Shown: positions 15,668 through 24,290 of the stretch, piece after piece
Layout: every line of letters starts with the position of its first letter
Numbering within the stretch: position 1 is the stretch's first letter
Source: an uncultured Chloroflexia bacterium
Lineage (GTDB): Bacteria > Chloroflexota > Anaerolineae > Anaerolineales > Villigracilaceae
Reading direction: 5' to 3'
DNA: 64,000 nucleotides
NCBI GenBank assembly: GCA_963828815.1
Contig: CAWHGD010000002.1
Coordinates: forward strand, 158,125 to 222,124
The notes under the pieces: model-generated
Database searches by the model: none
What the model saw: only the letters and a program-made list of their open reading frames with translations
What the model was told of the DNA's origin: nothing
Translations under genes and position numbers: made by a program

Positions 15668-17692
15668 TCAAAGATATTCCTGCTTTTCTCTCTCACGTTC
15701 CGGCCATGCCGCCACCAGGAAACCGAAGATGAACATCAGGCTGCCTATCCATAACCAGTTGATCAAGGGATTATGATATACCTTGATAGGCGCTTGCGAT
15801 GGCGAGATGTTCTCCCAGTTAATCAGTACAACATATAAATCATCTGTCAGGGTGGAGCGCACCCCGGGTATCGTCATCGACTGACCGCTCGCTGTGTAAT
15901 AGTCACGACGTGGATAGAGTTTGCCCAGAAACTGTTCTCCTCGGAAAACGCTGAGGGCAGCTCGTGAAACAAAACGCCCTTCCGTGGAAGGGAACTGTGC
16001 CAGCGAGTCAAACCGGAGGCTATACCCGGCAATTTGAATATCTTCACCCACTGCAAGTGTCTTTTGAGTGGTGGTTTGGTACACTTCAATACCCAGGATG
16101 CCAATTGCCATGACCACCATGCTGAAATGGATAAAATAGCCACCATAACGGCGACGATTATGCCTGACCAGTTGCCAGAGGGCGACCAGGAAATTCTCCT
16201 TTTCCTTTTTTTGTCGGGAAAGTACCCCGCGCAAGAACTCAAACAGCGTTACGAAGATCACAAACCCCACCAGAGTAAAACCAACCAGCGCAATCCAGTT
16301 GTGAATCCCTAAGACGGCTAACACCACCAATAAAATGATTGAAAGGATGGCTGGTTTCCACAGGGTATGTCCCAGTGTCTGGTATGTGGATCTACCCCAA
16401 GCTGAAAGCGGAGCGATACCCATTAATGCCATCAATGCACCGAACAAAGGTCCATTGGCACGCAGGTAGAACGGCGGTCCGACGGTCATTTTCTGGTTGG
16501 TTACAAGCTCCGAGATCAAGGGGAAGATCACTCCCCAGAAGCAGACAATCAAAACACCCATAAAGAGTAGATTATTGAGCAGGAATAGCGCCTCGCGCGA
16601 AAACAAGGAGTGCATCTCGACTTCAGCACGCAGGTCTTTCCAGCGATATATTAACAAGGCAAGCGATGTGACAAAGGTGATTCCGATAAAGGCAAAGAAC
16701 ATCGGACCAATGGGGCTTTGCGCGAAAGCGTGAACCGAAGAAAACACGCCGGAGCGGGTCAGGAAGGTGCCGAAGATGACCAGGGCATAGGTCAAGATGA
16801 TGAGCAGCATGTTCCATTGTTTGAACATACCGCGTTTTTCCTGGATCATGACCGAGTGCAGGAAAGCCGTCCCGGTCAGCCAGGGCATCAGGGAGGCAGT
16901 TTCAACCGGGTCCCAGGCCCAGTAACCACCCCAACCCAGCACATCATATGCCCAGCGCATTCCAAGTACCAAGCCGAGAGACAGGAATAACCAGGCAACC
17001 AATGTCCAACGACGGGTGAGACGAATCCAGCGGTCATCTGATCGTCCGGTGACCAGAGCAGCGATGGCAAAGGCAAATGGTACGACAAAAGCGACAAAGC
17101 CCAGGTACAGCATGGGCGGGTGGATGATCATGCCTGGATGGCGTAGAAGGGGATTCAGACCCTGTCCCTCCACAGGTGTGACAGCAATTGCTCCTGCAGG
17201 AGCAAACATGCGCGGCACGAAATCGCCTGCAGCAGTCTGCCACCAGCGCGCAAATGGATTTTCGAAGAGAATTGTCAGGGACAGAAAAAAAGCAAGCGTA
17301 ATCGATATCACCCCGATGACCCAGGGCAAGAGTTCGCGGTCGCGTTCCCACTTGCGCAAGGTCACAGCCGAGGCAAAGGCTGCCATGAGCCACGACCAAA
17401 GAACTAGCGATCCGGCCTGCCCGCCCCACAGGGCAGTGAGCTTGAGATAGAAAGGCATGTCGTTACTTGTCACCGAGTAGACATATTCGATTTCATAATG
17501 TCCTGTGACGAGAAGATAGGCCAACGCAAAAACCGCAAGCGAGATAAGTGGAAAAGATACTTGCATGGAACGCCGGGCAGTTTCCACCCAGCGGTCAGAT
17601 TTTTTATAGTATCCCAATACCGCCGCTACCACGCTGAAAAGTAACAGCAGGAATGTCAGCACAAATACACCAAAGCCAAATTGAGCAAGCAT
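15668..17692 (-). CDS. ccmF: CcmF/NrfE-family cytochrome c haem lyase
   Basis: 674-aa polytopic ORF with LWGGQAGSLVLWSWL near the N-terminus and the Trp-rich haem-handling motif GWGGYWAWDPVE. SD AGGAG is present. No ccmABCDE, ccmH or ccmG is adjacent. Confidence 0.85.
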   Translation of the reverse strand: MLAQFGFGVFVLTFLLLLFSVVAAVLGYYKKSDRWVETARRSMQVSFPLISLAVFALAYLLVTGHYEIEYVYSVTSNDMPFYLKLTALWGGQAGSLVLWSWLMAAFASAVTLRKWERDRELLPWVIGVISITLAFFLSLTILFENPFARWWQTAAGDFVPRMFAPAGAIAVTPVEGQGLNPLLRHPGMIIHPPMLYLGFVAFVVPFAFAIAALVTGRSDDRWIRLTRRWTLVAWLFLSLGLVLGMRWAYDVLGWGGYWAWDPVETASLMPWLTGTAFLHSVMIQEKRGMFKQWNMLLIILTYALVIFGTFLTRSGVFSSVHAFAQSPIGPMFFAFIGITFVTSLALLIYRWKDLRAEVEMHSLFSREALFLLNNLLFMGVLIVCFWGVIFPLISELVTNQKMTVGPPFYLRANGPLFGALMALMGIAPLSAWGRSTYQTLGHTLWKPAILSIILLVVLAVLGIHNWIALVGFTLVGFVIFVTLFEFLRGVLSRQKKEKENFLVALWQLVRHNRRRYGGYFIHFSMVVMAIGILGIEVYQTTTQKTLAVGEDIQIAGYSLRFDSLAQFPSTEGRFVSRAALSVFRGEQFLGKLYPRRDYYTASGQSMTIPGVRSTLTDDLYVVLINWENISPSQAPIKVYHNPLINWLWIGSLMFIFGFLVAAWPEREREKQEYL

Positions 17693-18005
17693 GAAGGCTC
17701 CTAGATGACAGATTTATTAGCATGCCATGTGCAAATAGAGCAGGATGCAATTAGGCTATTTGCCGTGAACCACCTCACTAAGGACTTCTTACTGGTATTT
17801 GGCAGGGCACTTCAGCAATAGCTCAACGGCATAGAAGATATCATTCTCTCCCAGATGACCGGTGGCAATCGACCATGCCTTATCACTCAGCATATCAGGT
17901 TGCGGGTAATTGTATACGATAATCAACCGCGCCCATGATGAATCACGGTTGCTGGGATGTCCAACAAGACGATCACATTGAATTTCGCCCGACGTTGAGA
18001 TGACC

Positions 18006-18039
18006 AAAACAATCCCCAATGCCTATGCACTGGGGATTG
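18006..18039 (-). terminator. Rho-independent terminator of the cytochrome operon (CAATCCCCA-loop-TGGGGATTG + TTTT on the minus strand)
   Basis: A 9-bp stem at 18010..18018 / 18031..18039 is followed on the minus strand by TTTTGG (18009..18004). It lies 18 nt after the stop of 18057..18749. Confidence 0.7.
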
Positions 18040-18056
18040 TAGAATAACATATATAT

Positions 18057-18749
18057 TTAGAGAGTCGGAACCTCTACTTTGACGATTTTCTGATCCTGTG
18101 TCAACCAGAGCCCCCTTGCGAGCAAGGCTATCCCACCAAGAATCAAGATCGTACCGAAGATATAGATCGGCAAAGCAAGTACGTCCACCCAATTACTTCC
18201 CATATAAATGTGCGAGGCGCCAACCCACATCGGCGTTGATAGGATGACAGCACCAGACACCATGGCTGCCAGCCCGCCACCGGTTTTTTTATCAGCACCT
18301 TTGCCGCCCTTGGTAAAATCTACTTTTGCCCGCAGACCGGGGATGAGAAGCAGCAGGAAAACGATCAGTGTGAGGACATTGATATAGAACACTACATTGG
18401 CAGGCGCAGCTTTACCGATCACCGAAAGGGATGTAAAGTAATGGATCGCGTTCAGTACCGTACCGATCCCCAGGACAATTATGGCATTTCGATATGCATG
18501 TTTACCGCCACGTATCAATCCGACCGTGACGGCAATGCCTGCAATCCCGATAGCGATCGTTGTAAAGACAAAGGTTTGATAAAGCCACCGGTAATCTACT
18601 GGCTTTATCAATATCCAATACGGAGGGTAATTCTTTGTAAAGAAGGCTGCACATGACGTGCCGGCACCGCCTAGAACATTCATGGCTGCGGTCATTGCCA
18701 TGACAACAATGGCGAATACTCGGATAATTTTTCCTGAAGTGTTTTTCAT
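18057..18749 (-). CDS. Polytopic membrane protein, unassigned family (copy A; paralogue of 26332..27015)
   Basis: 230-aa ORF and last gene of the cytochrome operon. Shared blocks with copy B:
- LGGAGTSC in TM1.
- (Y/F)xWLY...IAIG.
- GxKxAYR.
- NAIHYFTS versus GAIHMAFS.
- VLTLI(V/I)FLL..IPGL...VDF followed by a Lys/Gly-rich loop. Confidence 0.65.
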   Translation of the reverse strand: MKNTSGKIIRVFAIVVMAMTAAMNVLGGAGTSCAAFFTKNYPPYWILIKPVDYRWLYQTFVFTTIAIGIAGIAVTVGLIRGGKHAYRNAIIVLGIGTVLNAIHYFTSLSVIGKAAPANVVFYINVLTLIVFLLLLIPGLRAKVDFTKGGKGADKKTGGGLAAMVSGAVILSTPMWVGASHIYMGSNWVDVLALPIYIFGTILILGGIALLARGLWLTQDQKIVKVEVPTL

Positions 18750-18803
18750 CGCTTATCCTCCTGAAGAATTCTATATCGATACAAGCCAGAAATCAAGTAT
18801 TGA

Positions 18804-19694
18804 TTACGGCACTTCCTCTGATAAATTCCAAGGATTATTTGCAAAGTGACAACGTTCACATAACGCCTGCTTGACGATATTATGACTTGCATATGGAATC
18901 GAGGATTCAGGCAAAACTGTAACCCAATTTCCTTGCTCATCAGGGCCGACTGCCAGCCCCGCCGCGTCATGGCAAGCCCAGCAAGTCACTGCTTCGTGAT
19001 TCTTTTCATGACCTGGGATGGGAGCCGGTGGATTTAAGGCATTCGCATGGCATACTTCTGATGCACATGTAGCAGTGGTAGTATGGGCATCGTGACATTG
19101 TGTGCAGGTATACCCGGCATGTGCATTCGCAAGATCCGGCGTTTCATGACCCGCAATGTCAATCTGGCCGTGGCATTTCAGACACAGGTCGGTTGTAGAA
19201 GCGACATTCTCGTATTCATCGATCGGTGGGATCGATAACCAGGCGTACTCCGGTTGGACCTCGCCTTTTTTCAGCCGATGGCAAACGTTGCATGGTACAT
19301 TATCCCAATCGGCTTCTGCTATCGTTGGGGGCGGAGGGGCAATCTCGAATTTACAGACTGCACAACTCGCTGGCATGTCGTCCATCGAGGGGACATAGTT
19401 GATTGGCGCGTGACAGCGCGCGCACGTGCTGTTTATACCCAACACATCCAATACATAAGTATGTGCATGGGGGCTTGCCTCCCACAGGGATTGGATTTGA
19501 GAGGGGGCAATTTCTGTTGGAATACCGGTAGGTTGGGGAGCCCCGGTGGGGCTCCCCTCGTTTGATGGAACTGATGGAACCTGTGGCGACACCTGTCCCT
19601 GCGGGGGAGTCTCCTTCTCCGGTTGACAGGCGGTCAACCCTGCAACCAGGAATGCTGTTGCAATCAGACTGAGGAATAGGGTTCTACTCTGCAA
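18804..19694 (-). CDS. Multihaem c-type cytochrome lipoprotein (8 candidate haem sites, including CxxCK and CX4CH)
   Basis: 296-aa ORF with a TTG start after AAGGTG. It has a signal peptide plus lipobox (VAGLTAC) and a Pro/Ser/Gln linker. The sites, in order, are CARCH, CAVCK, CNVCH, CLKCH, CTQCH, CASEVCH, CWACH and CERCH. Confidence 0.8.
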   Translation of the reverse strand: MQSRTLFLSLIATAFLVAGLTACQPEKETPPQGQVSPQVPSVPSNEGSPTGAPQPTGIPTEIAPSQIQSLWEASPHAHTYVLDVLGINSTCARCHAPINYVPSMDDMPASCAVCKFEIAPPPPTIAEADWDNVPCNVCHRLKKGEVQPEYAWLSIPPIDEYENVASTTDLCLKCHGQIDIAGHETPDLANAHAGYTCTQCHDAHTTTATCASEVCHANALNPPAPIPGHEKNHEAVTCWACHDAAGLAVGPDEQGNWVTVLPESSIPYASHNIVKQALCERCHFANNPWNLSEEVP

Positions 19695-19721
19695 GATACA
19701 CCTTTCGAAAAAGATCTAGGG

Positions 19722-20747
19722 TTAGGGGGTCGCGGTTGGGGTTGGGACAGGCGCTCCTGCCGCCGTCAGGACGGACAGCCCGTATGTATTACCTTCTTTG
19801 TGGCAGCGGTTGCAGGAAACCATATACACAATGCTGTGCGATACGATCTCCGCTGTTGTGGAGGGTCCACCTCCGCGTCCGGGGGTGGTCAGGATGGTGG
19901 TAAAGAGACCACCCTCTACCGCCCGTCCTACAGCTGCACCGGAGGCATCGTGACAGCCCAAGCAGGTGACACCGGCCATCATGGGTGCGACCTTTGTGTG
20001 CGTATCAGCTGTATCCGTGTGACAATCCACGCACTGCTTGACCTCACCGGAGTGTGGCTCGTGGCAGTCGGTGCAGTACTTCGGGCGCTCGGCTTGCGGC
20101 CATTCACCAGCATAATTCATGTGTGCACTGCCGCCCAGGGTAACCGTGTGATTCGCTGACAATCCAGGACTACCTACCTTGGTGCCTGCCGGGTTCGCGT
20201 GGCATTTCTCACACAGTTCATTCGGGGTATTGAGCGGTTCGTACACCATGCTTATTGGAACGAGCCAGGCGATCTCTGCGCTGGCGGTCCCGTTCTCATC
20301 AACCTCATGACACTGTGCGCAAGGGATTCCCACCCACTGCTCTTCAGTAACCAAGTCCATCCCACCTTCTGCGAACGAAGGGGCAATTCGCAATTCTGGA
20401 TCGGTTGCAAATTTACAAGTAACGCAGTTTGGAGGGGCACTGGTCTTGGAACCCGGTATCCAGTTCTGCGGCGAATGGCAGCGGGTACACATGGTATTTG
20501 GGCCTTTACCAAGGTCATACGCTGCGCTATGCGGACCGATTCCCCAGGCTTCTATGAGTGCTGATTGATCCGGAATGGGTACCGGTGTTGCCGTAGGGGG
20601 GACGGGAGTGGGCATTGGAGTTGGCTCTGGCGTAGCGGCCGGCGCGCAGGCATATAGCAGCATTGTAAGTAATACGAATGCTCCAACTACGCTGAACCAG
20701 AGTTTTTTGGGTGGACCGGTTTTATGATTTGATTTATTCATGTGCAT
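19722..20747 (-). CDS. Multihaem c-type cytochrome lipoprotein (8 candidate haem sites, including CxxCK)
   Basis: 341-aa ORF with a signal peptide plus lipobox (LLYAC) and a Pro/Thr linker. The sites, in order, are CTRCH, CVTCK, CAQCH, CEKCH, CTDCH, CVDCH, CLGCH and CNRCH, collinear with 18804..19694. SD AAGGAGA favours the second ATG (20741). Confidence 0.8.
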   Translation of the reverse strand: MHMNKSNHKTGPPKKLWFSVVGAFVLLTMLLYACAPAATPEPTPMPTPVPPTATPVPIPDQSALIEAWGIGPHSAAYDLGKGPNTMCTRCHSPQNWIPGSKTSAPPNCVTCKFATDPELRIAPSFAEGGMDLVTEEQWVGIPCAQCHEVDENGTASAEIAWLVPISMVYEPLNTPNELCEKCHANPAGTKVGSPGLSANHTVTLGGSAHMNYAGEWPQAERPKYCTDCHEPHSGEVKQCVDCHTDTADTHTKVAPMMAGVTCLGCHDASGAAVGRAVEGGLFTTILTTPGRGGGPSTTAEIVSHSIVYMVSCNRCHKEGNTYGLSVLTAAGAPVPTPTATP

Positions 20748-20808
20748 TCTCCTTCCTTATTGCAATATGAAGTGCAGAGGTAACCATCACATGGTTCCAT
20801 CATTGTTA

Positions 20809-20872
20809 AAAGTATCACAATCACTCTTGCAAGTCATTGACAACTGTCAAAGTCCGACTTGATTATTGTCAA
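20809..20872 (-). promoter_or_regulatory. Two FNR-like boxes and a -10 region for the cytochrome operon
   Basis: The proximal box is a perfect palindrome, TTGACAACTGTCAA (20837..20850). The distal box is TTGATTATTGTCAA (20859..20872), with centres 22 bp apart. On the minus strand the proximal box is followed after 15 nt by ATTGTGATACT (20821..20811; hexamer TACTTT at 20814..20809). That puts the box centre 41.5 nt before a start predicted at about 20802. Confidence 0.55.
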
Positions 20873-20945
20873 GTTCGATTCAACCAAAGTCAGACATTTG
20901 GAAAAGGGGATTCTCCTCTCTTTGTAAGACTTTAACCGATTCTGT

Positions 20946-20974
20946 TTGACATTTGACCCTATATCTGATAAAAC
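20946..20974 (+). promoter_or_regulatory. Putative promoter TTGACA-17 nt-TAAAAC, 6 nt before ATG 20981 (leaderless-type)
   Basis: TTGACA lies at 20946..20951 and TAAAAC at 20969..20974. No SD precedes the start codon. Confidence 0.4.
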
Positions 20975-20980
20975 ATTAAT

Positions 20981-21736
20981 ATGGAAACACCTGAAACATT
21001 AGCAGAAAGACTTGGACATGTCAGCCACTTCTTGAAACTACCCATGGCGGACAGATTGGCCATCATCCTTGCCGGTCAAATGCGACTTTTCTCGCCCGAT
21101 TCAGTAATAATCACTGAAGGAGAGCCTTGTGCCGGTATGTTCGTATTATTACGAGGGCATGTGCACATCTGTAAACTTGGTTTAAAAGGGCAGCAAAGCA
21201 TTATTGCAGACATAGATCCAGTCATCATGTTCAACGAGGTGGCATTATTGGATGGAGGACCTAATCCATACACAGCCATTGCAACTCAAAATTCCCTTGC
21301 CTGGCAAATCAGTTACGAGGCTTACCAAAAACTGCTCCATCGATATGCCCAAGACCAATACATGGAAGTATCACTTGGCCTTCTGGGGATTATGGCAAGC
21401 CGCTATAGACAACTGTTAGAAAATTACGCCGATCTTTCTTTTCTAACTGTGCCGAATCGCGTTGCCAAATTGATTTATGAATTGAGTGCCCAAGGCCAAG
21501 TACCCATAAACCGTCATGAAAACTCGATCAACGAGATGGCTGCACACATAGCCTCTGTTCCTGAAGCGATCAGCCGGTCGCTGAACATCTTAAAATGTCA
21601 AGGAATTATTACGACATCACGGACAACTATCACCGTCCTGGAACCATTAGAGCTGGCCAGACTGGCGAAAACTGAGCTGAATAATTTATTTGTATACGGC
21701 CGTAAGAAATCAAGTATTCCAGTCTTGGAAGATTGA
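20981..21736 (+). CDS. Crp/Fnr-family transcriptional regulator (copy 3; paralogue of 12738..13436)
   Basis: 251-aa ORF with ITEGEPCAGMFVLLRGHVHIC and PVIMFNEVALLDGGPNP, plus HTH EMAAHIASVPEAISRSLNILK. It is visibly AT-richer than its neighbours (three hand-counted 60-nt lines gave 38-50% GC, versus about 60% for a line in copy 1). Confidence 0.85.
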   Translation: METPETLAERLGHVSHFLKLPMADRLAIILAGQMRLFSPDSVIITEGEPCAGMFVLLRGHVHICKLGLKGQQSIIADIDPVIMFNEVALLDGGPNPYTAIATQNSLAWQISYEAYQKLLHRYAQDQYMEVSLGLLGIMASRYRQLLENYADLSFLTVPNRVAKLIYELSAQGQVPINRHENSINEMAAHIASVPEAISRSLNILKCQGIITTSRTTITVLEPLELARLAKTELNNLFVYGRKKSSIPVLED

Positions 21737-21762
21737 TTAAGAGTTGAAAGTCGCCCCCTAAT

Positions 21763-21804
21763 TTGACATAAATCAAAGACAGTCGAAGCGCATTGTGATA
21801 CTAT
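21763..21804 (+). promoter_or_regulatory. FNR-like box TTGACATAAATCAA plus -10 region ATTGTGATACTAT
   Basis: The box lies at 21763..21776. After 15 nt comes the same 11-mer ATTGTGATACT (21792..21802) seen in the cytochrome promoter, with hexamer TACTAT at 21799..21804. The box centre is 41.5 nt before a start predicted at about 21811. SD GGAGAA precedes ATG 21871. Confidence 0.55.
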
Positions 21805-21870
21805 GTACAAAGTTCACGATGCGGGTTTGATTATTTCATTCATATCGATTACCGACGGAGAATAGCAATA

Positions 21871-23339
21871 ATGGCCAAACGTTTAAGTTTTCTCTTTCGC
21901 TCCACCAAAGGCCTGATCCTGGTGGCGATCGCCATGATCGGACTGGAGACCGCCATCTTCGGGATGCTCTCCGGCCCAATGGCTGAGTTGGGTGTGCGCG
22001 ACTTCATCATCCGCATTCCTGAAGATGGACCTTGTCCAGGCTGAGCGCGAAGGACGCATCATCATCCTGTACCACTCCATCGCCATGGCCGTGGTGGCCA
22101 TCGAAACCTACATGATCACCAGCCTGCTGAAGATGAAAGAATTCTACAAGATGGCGGTACGGGTGCTCATCACTGTTGGCTATATCCTGACCATGATCTT
22201 CGGCATGGGCTTCGCCTATTGGGGTCATAACTGGGCGCTGCATGGACTCTACATTACCGGGTTGAGTCTGATCTTCTTTGCCGGTGTCCTGCTGGTCATT
22301 GCCCTCTGGCCGTGGAACAAGGAATACTACCAGCCGGATAAAGACCTATTCCCGCACCAAAAAAGGCGTGGATATGGAGCGCGTGGCCTTCTTCGCTGCC
22401 GCTCTCACCACGGTCATTTCTGCATTATTCGGTGCTGTCCCCGGTTCGTACTTTGGCAATGGCTTTGAAACCTTCCTGGCCGAGAACATTATCCGGCCAC
22501 CCGAAAAGACCATCATGGAATACTCTGTCATCGGTCACCTGCACATCATGCTGGCGCTGATCGCCATCATGATCACCCTCATCGTCGGACGCTGGCTGAA
22601 CTTCAAGGGCATCCTGCACAAGATCGCCATGCCGTTGATGATCCTGGGTACTATCGTTCTCAACCTGGGCGTCTGGGGGGTGGTCACACCTCTCGAACCG
22701 ATCGCCCACATGATCATCTATGTCGGCGCAACACCATCCATGCTGGCGGCCTTGATGCTGGTCATTTTCACCTGGGACAAGCTCATCCGCGATGGTATTG
22801 CCGGCATCCAAAAACCGAACGGTTGGCAGAAGTTCAAGGCACTGCTTCGTGATCCACTCCGTTTCGGCCCCATGTGGCAGATGGTCTTCATGAACTTCAC
22901 CACCAGCTTTCTCGGAATTTTCATGGCTGTGCGCCTGGATGAGATCTTCCGTGTCTGGCCTGCTCACGAAGAACGCATCGAACTGACCGGCCACTGGCAC
23001 GTTCTTTCAGCCATCATCGCCACCATCATCCTGCTCTATTACGGCGATATGATCGGACTGAAGGGAAAACTCCGCCAGGTCTATGGCTGGTCCATCATCA
23101 TTCTATCCGATCTCGCCTTCGGCTCCGTCACCATCTTCGAAATGAAACGGTTGTTCATCACAGAAGCCACCCAGCAGCCATTGGTCAACACCCTCATGCT
23201 GTTGATGGACATTGGTCTTGGTCTGTTGCTGGTCGTCCTGGCGATGGTAATGATCTGGCGCTTGCTCGACCTGTTCAGGAAGAAAGGACGCTGGACGGAA
23301 GAAGTGGATCACGAACTCTCGGAGGAGGTGAGCAAATGA
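21871..23339 (+). pseudogene. His-rich polytopic membrane protein of unassigned family, split by two +1 frameshifts
   Basis: There are three collinear segments:
- 21871..22044: MAKRLSFLFRSTKGLILVAIAMIGLE...
- The 21992..22468 frame: ...KMDLVQAEREGRIIILYHSIAM...YWGHNWALHG...
- The 22278..23339 frame: ...MERVAFFAAALTT...IGHLHIML...TGHWHVLSA...
Start coordinate mod 3 runs 1,2,0, with shifts near 22000-22040 and 22340-22365. About 12 or more helices carry paired His. Confidence 0.6.
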
Positions 23340-24240
23340 AGCGCACATTTCTGTCCATCATCCTGCTTTCTGCTGTATTGGTCTCCTGCGCCTCCGTGGA
23401 CCTGAATGCCCCCGTCCCCACCTTCGACACTGGCGTGGACCCGGACTCCTGGGCTCTCATCCCGGCTGGACCCTTCCTTGACGGGTCAACATGATGACCC
23501 GGCTTCTATTGACTACGATTACCAGATGATGGTCACCGATGTGACCGTCGCGCAGTACGTGGATTTCCTGAACATTGCCCTGGCTGATGGCACGCTCAAA
23601 ATCGACAGTGAACAGATAGTCGGTTTCTACCCCGGTGATCAATTCCACGCTGTCAAGCATGAAATTGAGATTGCTGCCGCGGAATACATCTTTGTCCCTT
23701 TGAACGATCCGGCTTCGCGTTTCACCTTTGACGGCTCCACATTCTCGGTCATCCCCGGCTACGAGAACCACCCGATGACCAATGTCTCCTGGTTCGGCGC
23801 CTGGGGCTACTGCGGGTACTACGGCTTCAGCCTGCCGACCGAACTCGAATGGGAAAAAGCTGCCCGCGGATCGGCAGACAATCGTCCCTTCCCCTGGGGT
23901 GACGAGATTGCCCAAAACAACGCCAATTTCTACACCAGCCGCGATCCTTTTGAAGAAATGAGCTCCTTCGGTTCGCGCACCACTCCGGTCGGCTTCTATA
24001 ACGGGAATACTTATGACGGTTATGTTACGCTCAACTCTGCCAGCCCATACGGCCTGTACGACATGGCCGGGAATGTCTGGCAGTGGACCGGGGATGTATA
24101 CGAGGGTCAGCACTACCGCTATCATGCGCGGCGGCTCAAAGGATACCTATGACATGGATCTGCGTATCTGGGTGCGCAACAACGCCACGCCAACCTATTA
24201 CAGTCCTGGTGTGGGTTTCAGATGTGCCAGAAATCCGTGA
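23336..24240 (+). pseudogene. FGE-sulfatase (SUMF1/DUF323) domain lipoprotein, split by two +1 frameshifts
   Basis: The ATG at 23336 overlaps the upstream stop (ATGA). MKRTFLSIILLSAVLVSC is a lipobox. Then come IPAGPFL | TGQHDD...MMVTDVTVAQYVDFL...NVSWFGAWGYC...LPTELEWEKAARG...GNVWQWTGDVYEGQHYR | MRGGS...GVGFRCARNP*. Frames run 2,0,1, with shifts near 23480 and 24125. Confidence 0.7.
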
Positions 24241-24290
24241 TCAAAGTAGTCTTGGATGTGGTGCCTTGAATATAATGGTATAAATACCAT

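Noticed and set aside
17789-18019. A 76-aa minus-strand ORF in the 364-bp gap between the cytochrome operon and ccmF.
   Set aside because: Its start codon lies inside the terminator hairpin (18010..18039). It has no SD and I recognise no family. It may be a gene remnant, but I cannot support it.
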